Source: a virus | Taxonomy: Duplodnaviria > Caudoviricetes | Direction: 5' to 3' (one strand) | Virus record (IMG/VR): IMGVR_UViG_3300037608_000062 | Coordinates: 1 to 29,555 of that record | Length of the DNA: 29,555 nt | Shown: positions 25,021-29,555 of the stretch, in pieces | Position numbering within the stretch: the stretch's first letter is position 1 | How the letters are laid out: every line of letters starts with the position of its first letter | Translations under genes and position numbers: made by a program | Notes under the pieces: model-generated | Told to the model about the DNA's origin: nothing | What the model saw: only the letters and a program-made list of their open reading frames with translations | Database searches by the model: none

Positions 25021-26820
25021 CGTTAGAGACACCGTCTCTAATGGGGCCGCATTCCATGATCCATTTTCTATTGCCCTGATCACCTCCTCTGCTTCGTTTA
25101 TTGTGATTCCGTTTTCGTATTTCATGCGCAGTTCGGCGTTGAGCGCCGGTGTAATGGTGCCGATTTCCGCGCGCAGTTTCTTTAAAAATTCTGTGAATGA
25201 AATCCGCCGCGAGGCAATGCCGCGAGAGACTGCGGATGCATCAACGGGCATTGCTGTGTTGATGGGCAGTTCCGGCGCTTTGATTTCCAGCGGGGTTCCT
25301 TTGCGTTCAATAAATTCGATGTTGCCGACTTTGTCCGCATGATGCCCGAAAACTTTAAGCGGCGATTCATAGCCGACAGGCGGGGCCACGCCCATGCGCT
25401 TATCACCGGTGCCTTTCCAGGTGATGCCCCATTTTTCGGCGATGTCTTCCATTTCTGTTTTGGCTTTCTGCGTTTCGGTATACTTCGGCGTCTTGTATTC
25501 GCCGTAAGGCGTGCCGTTGGTGAGCCTGCCGTAGATGTCTTCGGGGATCGGCTCGCACAGCCAGACGTTGCCGTTAAAATGTACTTCGATATTCGGGTAT
25601 TCATAGGGATGCCGTACGACGTTGACTTTCTGGCCCGCAGCCATTGAATCGGGGATCTGATATGCGCGATTGTCCACGCTGATCAGCCGCGAGCCGTCCG
25701 CGATCCTGGTGATTGTCGGTTCTTTGATAAGGAGGCGGTAAAGTTCTTCCTCCGGACACAGCCGCAGTTGTTCGGCTGTGATATTTGACCACATGTTTGA
25801 CCGGGGAGAGAGGCCGCGCATTAATTTTTCGCCGTTGACCCATATGCACCAATCAAGCGCCCAGCGGTTAAGCTCATCCAATCCGGATGGGCGATGAAAT
25901 TTAAGTCCTGATTCAAAGGTATTGATGTAATGCATCAGGCCTTCGATCATGCCCTTCGCGCGCGGGTTGCCCGGCATGTGCGGTTGCAGGTCAATGCGCA
26001 GGGCGTCAAACAATGCCTGATTTGCTTTAGCCGAGACGATAGAGCCACGATCAGCAATGAGCATGAACGGCACGCCGTGGAATTTATATTTGCCTAGCTT
26101 CGCGCCGGATTCGCCATTCCATGTTTTTTTAATGAGGTCGTCTTTGGGCCGCATGGCACGGAAAAGAAAATCAGAGCCGTCAATCGCGCGCTCACCCGAC
26201 GCATAGTAATAAAGGAAGAAAAAAGCTCCACTGCAATGGTCAACCACTGCGTAGCGGAGCAATTCTTTTTTGATTGTTTTGGCGGTCGCGACGATTTTGT
26301 TTTTATACATGGTCATCTCGGTGTCGCGTTCGCCCATGCCTTTTTTCGCATCAAGGAAATACTGGAGGCAGTTTGTGACGTCGAATTGCCAGACCTGGTT
26401 TGGATGCGCGGAAAGCAGGCGCTGGTGCGGCGATGGCCGGAGTAAATCTTTTGCCGATATTTGCTCCTCCCGGAGCCGCGCGACAAACCGGTTAGTGGAA
26501 ACGCCGCCTGTCTCGATGCCGGAATCTTCCAGAATCATTTTCGCGTAGCAGGCGGGCAAGGGGATTTCGTTGGATGTGCGTCTGGATGTCAGCATAAGCG
26601 TTGATGCGTTGAGAAGTATCTCACGCGATGCGCTTGATTGACCTTTTGTTTTACGCTCCTTCCGAAACCGAATCCCCCGCGCCGCCGCATAACGATTGAT
26701 ACTGGCCGGTGTGACGCCATAATGCGCTGCGAGTTCCTTTGTCTTTTGTGCGGCTTCCTTTGGCGCGAGGCCGCGCAGGCTTGATTCTACGTGGTTTAAA
26801 ATGGTTTCCGATACTGCCAT
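25015..26820 (-). CDS. DDE transposase (MuA analogue, integrase core)
   Basis: N-terminal HTH; HPNQVWQFD, DHCSG, GVP..LIADRGS, H.PGNPRAKGMIE catalytic motifs; ATG 26820 with GGAG SD. Confidence 0.93.
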   Translation of the reverse strand: MAVSETILNHVESSLRGLAPKEAAQKTKELAAHYGVTPASINRYAAARGIRFRKERKTKGQSSASREILLNASTLMLTSRRTSNEIPLPACYAKMILEDSGIETGGVSTNRFVARLREEQISAKDLLRPSPHQRLLSAHPNQVWQFDVTNCLQYFLDAKKGMGERDTEMTMYKNKIVATAKTIKKELLRYAVVDHCSGAFFFLYYYASGERAIDGSDFLFRAMRPKDDLIKKTWNGESGAKLGKYKFHGVPFMLIADRGSIVSAKANQALFDALRIDLQPHMPGNPRAKGMIEGLMHYINTFESGLKFHRPSGLDELNRWALDWCIWVNGEKLMRGLSPRSNMWSNITAEQLRLCPEEELYRLLIKEPTITRIADGSRLISVDNRAYQIPDSMAAGQKVNVVRHPYEYPNIEVHFNGNVWLCEPIPEDIYGRLTNGTPYGEYKTPKYTETQKAKTEMEDIAEKWGITWKGTGDKRMGVAPPVGYESPLKVFGHHADKVGNIEFIERKGTPLEIKAPELPINTAMPVDASAVSRGIASRRISFTEFLKKLRAEIGTITPALNAELRMKYENGITINEAEEVIRAIENGSWNAAPLETVSLTG

Positions 26821-26832
26821 ATCATTTACTCC

Positions 26833-26859
26833 GTCATTCCGGCGAAGGCCGGAATCCAG
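26833..26859 (+). repeat. REP-like palindrome type A, opposite orientation
   Basis: GTCATTCCGGCGAAGGCCGGAATCCAG on the plus strand, just upstream of the transposase SD. Confidence 0.9.
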
Positions 26860-26864
26860 TATTT

Positions 26865-27173
26865 TTATGCTGATACACTCTTCAATTCCGGCTGCGCATA
26901 GCGCGGGCAAAAACCTTTCATCAATCTTTTTTCAACGCGGTTAAAATGGCTGATGATTCCGGCAACGTCATGCGCGAAATCTCTTAAAGGAGACTCTAGT
27001 AATTCCTGAAGCTTTAGAGGTGTGTCAATGTGCGCTCCGGCAATGTCCATATTTACGCTAAACATATCAGCGCCAAGCCATACGCCGGTCATTTCGTTAA
27101 AAGCCCGCTTCACGATCTTATCTATTAAAATAATTTCTTCCTTTGATAATGCGTCCCAATTAATCATGATCAT
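26865..27173 (-). CDS. Conserved phage protein (DUF6874-like)
   Basis: MDI..AH...PLKL..LL.....DFAHDVAGI..H.NR....L..F.PRYA motif; GGAGGAG SD. Confidence 0.65.
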   Translation of the reverse strand: MIMINWDALSKEEIILIDKIVKRAFNEMTGVWLGADMFSVNMDIAGAHIDTPLKLQELLESPLRDFAHDVAGIISHFNRVEKRLMKGFCPRYAQPELKSVSA

Positions 27174-27184
27174 CTCCTCCTGTT

Positions 27185-27215
27185 TTTTCTATTCACTATT
27201 CACTTTTTACTTTTC
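27185..27215 (-). repeat. Degenerate 7-bp array containing a stop codon
   Basis: ttcac-ta-ttcac-tt-tttac; TGA at 27202-27200. Confidence 0.65.
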
Positions 27216-28186
27216 TTATTTTTCCGCTCTTCCATCTTCTCGACTACTTTCTTTCCCATGCCTTTGCCCGCTGTCATGGGCAGGTTGTCGATCATCACGT
27301 CGGTGGCAGGAAGTTCAAACTCGGTGATCTCCCAGGGAACCTCCTCCGCGTTTTTGTATTCTTCATGCAGGCCCAGGCGCTCTTCCATCGTGACTTTGGA
27401 CATGAATATATAAAGGTAGTAGAGTTGACGCAGGACGACTTCCGGCGCTTTGTGCGGGATAATTTTTTTCTTAATGTCGGAGATTGTGGTGAGGAAATCT
27501 TTTTGCATCTGGATGAGCATGTCCACGCCTTCCTGCTCTTCCTCGGTGAGTTCGGATTTTTCGACGGTGCGCTCCAGGCGCATGATTTCCTTTTCCTGCT
27601 TATTCAGGAGGGCTTCTTTATCTTTTAGTAGTTTGTCCTTTTGGCGGATGCTTGCCGTGGCTTCGTCTTTTTCTTTTTTGTGGGTTTCTTGGAGATGATT
27701 AATGAAGGAAGTGATGTCTTCCGGGGTGGCTGGTATTTGTTCATCTCCAACGATGAATGATTTTCCATCCTCCGATAAACCGGCGAAGTCTGCCGGTTTA
27801 TTTTTACCTAACCATTTGATATCATTAAGAGTAACCCCTGCCAAAACCGGCAGATTTGCCGTAAATGACTCAAATATTGGCGTTACTGCGGCGATAATTT
27901 CTTCTGCTGATCTTCGCGGATAACCGGCCTCTTCGCAGAATTTTTCCCAAGTGATCCCCGCCTTTTTATAGTCTTTAGTTTTCTTCATTTTATAAAGAAC
28001 AACTGCGTCTAGAAAATTAGAATAATCGCGGTGCGCTTTATTGGCCCTGATTGCGCCGATAGAATAACCTTCTTCTTTACTGGCTTGCATTTCCTGCTTG
28101 AGATTTGCGATTTCCAAATCCGTTTCCTGTTTGGCAATCGCGTATATTTCTTTTGAGATCTGCACATCTGAGTTATTTTTTGACAT
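27200..28186 (-). CDS. Early-region coiled-coil protein (DUF3102-like position and motif)
   Basis: TWEKFCEEAGYPRRSAEEII HTH-like segment plus coiled coil; upstream of the transposase. Confidence 0.6.
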   Translation of the reverse strand: MSKNNSDVQISKEIYAIAKQETDLEIANLKQEMQASKEEGYSIGAIRANKAHRDYSNFLDAVVLYKMKKTKDYKKAGITWEKFCEEAGYPRRSAEEIIAAVTPIFESFTANLPVLAGVTLNDIKWLGKNKPADFAGLSEDGKSFIVGDEQIPATPEDITSFINHLQETHKKEKDEATASIRQKDKLLKDKEALLNKQEKEIMRLERTVEKSELTEEEQEGVDMLIQMQKDFLTTISDIKKKIIPHKAPEVVLRQLYYLYIFMSKVTMEERLGLHEEYKNAEEVPWEITEFELPATDVMIDNLPMTAGKGMGKKVVEKMEERKNKKSKK

Positions 28187-28499
28187 CTTTATTCTCCTCC
28201 CTTTTATCTATGGCTTTATTCAGATCTTCAATTGTTCGTTTGATTGATTTTTCGGCGCGTATTATCATCTTGACAAAATCGACGTCATCCCATGTCGGGT
28301 CAGTCATTGCGCCGGTCTCTGTGATGACATATTTACATAGATCGTCATACGACAGGCCGTTGTTTATCGCGTCTGTTATCGTCCTTATTGCCAGGTCGGG
28401 GTTTTCCGCGCCGAATCTTTTGCAGGCGGCGATCATCACGTCCATCGTTGCCTGATACAAATTTCCCATTCTCATAAAAGTGTAATTATCCATCGCCAT
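28173..28499 (-). CDS. Hypothetical protein
   Basis: 108 aa ORF with AGGAG SD, tightly packed in the operon. Confidence 0.65.
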   Translation of the reverse strand: MAMDNYTFMRMGNLYQATMDVMIAACKRFGAENPDLAIRTITDAINNGLSYDDLCKYVITETGAMTDPTWDDVDFVKMIIRAEKSIKRTIEDLNKAIDKREENKDVKK

Positions 28500-28502
28500 C
28501 TC

Positions 28503-28796
28503 CTATCCAAGCCGATCAAGGTCTTGCTTGAGTTTATTTATTTGTCCCTCTGTATTGGCTTTAACGCGCGCCCAAATCACAGCCAGCCCCATTCCCGGAA
28601 CATAACCATCGCCGATCTTGCGAACCCAACCCAGATCGTCCATCGTGCCGAGTTGACGGAACACGCTGTCCGTGGTCAGGTTGGTCGCCTTCGCAATCTC
28701 CGAAGGCCCGACAGGTTCCGCACTATCTTTGAGCACGTTTAAAATCGCGTTCGCCGTTACGAGCACCTCAATTTTCCTACAACTCTTCGCCGCCAT
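28503..28796 (-). CDS. IclR-type winged-HTH DNA-binding protein (HTH only)
   Basis: ILNVL...EPVGPSEIAKATNLTTDSVFRQLGTM..LGWV; GAGGAGG SD. Confidence 0.82.
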   Translation of the reverse strand: MAAKSCRKIEVLVTANAILNVLKDSAEPVGPSEIAKATNLTTDSVFRQLGTMDDLGWVRKIGDGYVPGMGLAVIWARVKANTEGQINKLKQDLDRLG

Positions 28797-28816
28797 AATT
28801 CCTCCTCGCTATTTTT

Positions 28817-29287
28817 TTATTTCGCTTCCATTTCTTTCAAAAACACTAACCGCTTGCGCTTCTCCGTCTGTTTGCGGTTAATTTCCTCTTCAATGCGCTG
28901 GATCTCCGCCCGCAGTGCTTCCGGCCCCGGCAGCACAAACACACCGACCAGTTTACCCAACATCCTCAAGGGGTCACTGCATCCCACAGCCTCACAAAAG
29001 GCAGGCAAATAAATAGCCGGAAATCGATGAGCCTCTTTCGACTCCGCCGTCCAGCTATCCAGCATTGCTTTTGTAATTTCCTGGCCGGTAAGTTCAGACA
29101 TGCGCGCCGCAACCTGCCAACGCGAAAGCGGACAATCCTTTAGCGCCTGGCTGATGATCTCACGGAATTGGCGATCAATATCAAAACTGCCCGCCGGGCG
29201 TGAGACCTGGTTTTCTTCCTGATAATTTTTCAGGAGATCGAAAAGGGTCGCCTGATTGATGTCTATTCTTTGTTTCAATTTAGCCAT
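28817..29287 (-). CDS. Phage regulatory protein (possibly CII-like)
   Basis: SRWQVAARMSELTGQEITKAMLDSWTAES..HRFPA.YLPAFC; GAGG SD before ATG 29287; follows ner. Confidence 0.6.
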   Translation of the reverse strand: MAKLKQRIDINQATLFDLLKNYQEENQVSRPAGSFDIDRQFREIISQALKDCPLSRWQVAARMSELTGQEITKAMLDSWTAESKEAHRFPAIYLPAFCEAVGCSDPLRMLGKLVGVFVLPGPEALRAEIQRIEEEINRKQTEKRKRLVFLKEMEAK

Positions 29288-29323
29288 TGCAAACCTCATA
29301 TTTTTTGATAAGATCAAACCATG

Positions 29324-29555
29324 TTAAGCGGCTTTCTTCGGCCACAGATCTTCGATTGTCGTTTCTAAAACGTCAGCAATAGCCTGGCGGATAAGTGTAA
29401 TTTTAGGCCCGTGCTTTCTGGTTCCGCCGCGACGATTGGTTACAACCATTGATACGAGGGGTGCCGACACACCAAGTTGATCGGCAATTTCGTCCTGTCT
29501 AATACCGTTGATGAGTAATAACGCGCTGATGTAACGCGCCCCTTTTTTATGTTGG
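29324..29555 (-). CDS. ner: Ner/Cro-like HTH regulator (5' end outside the window)
   Basis: Manual translation ...ISALLLINGIRQDEIADQLGVSAPLVSMVV...IRQAIADVLETTIEDLWPKKAA; IA..L......WP is the Ner signature. Confidence 0.75.
   Translation of the reverse strand, partial: QHKKGARYISALLLINGIRQDEIADQLGVSAPLVSMVVTNRRGGTRKHGPKITLIRQAIADVLETTIEDLWPKKAA

Larger units (their letters stand above)
1..29555 (-). mobile_element. Mu-like transposable myophage/prophage (internal portion)
   Basis: ner, transposase, ATPase, gam, gemA, mor, lysis, head and contractile tail genes in Mu-like order; no obvious gene disruptions. Confidence 0.96.

Noticed and set aside
23715-26820. Independent IS21-like element or type II secretion ExeA
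   Set aside because: No terminal inverted repeats seen; the pair sits in the canonical A/B position of a Mu-like early operon.
3497-26859. 27-28 bp palindromes as a CRISPR array or integron attC sites
   Set aside because: Dispersed at gene junctions without regular spacers; no cas or integron integrase; they lack attC R-box structure.

Overview
The whole window is an internal part of a Mu-like transposable (pro)phage with a contractile tail, and every credible gene is on the minus strand. Read from right to left, it begins with a partial Ner-like regulator, early regulators, a DDE transposase, an ExeA/MuB-type AAA ATPase, Gam, accessory small genes, GemA and Mor. A late promoter region follows, then a GH108 endolysin, overlapped spanins, a TraR-type zinc finger, terminase, a portal fused to a Mu-F domain, G, I protease/scaffold, a head decoration protein and the major capsid. 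After a ~4.1 kb three-gene insert with a 1082-aa repeat protein come gp36/37/38, sheath, tube, tail chaperone and a partial tape measure. Neither phage end is in the window. The most unusual feature is that most intergenic junctions hold small repeats: four REP-like palindrome types plus 7-bp tandem arrays. These often supply the stop codon, Shine-Dalgarno sequence or start codon of adjacent genes, and the 7-bp arrays put a stop codon in all three frames. Other candidates are an RBS-sequestering leader hairpin on the endolysin, a structured RNA-like spacer in the lysis cassette, a +1 frameshift site in the tail chaperone, and a shared FAEGDA motif suggesting a prohead-protease cleavage site. 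All calls come from motif recognition and gene order; no database search was run.
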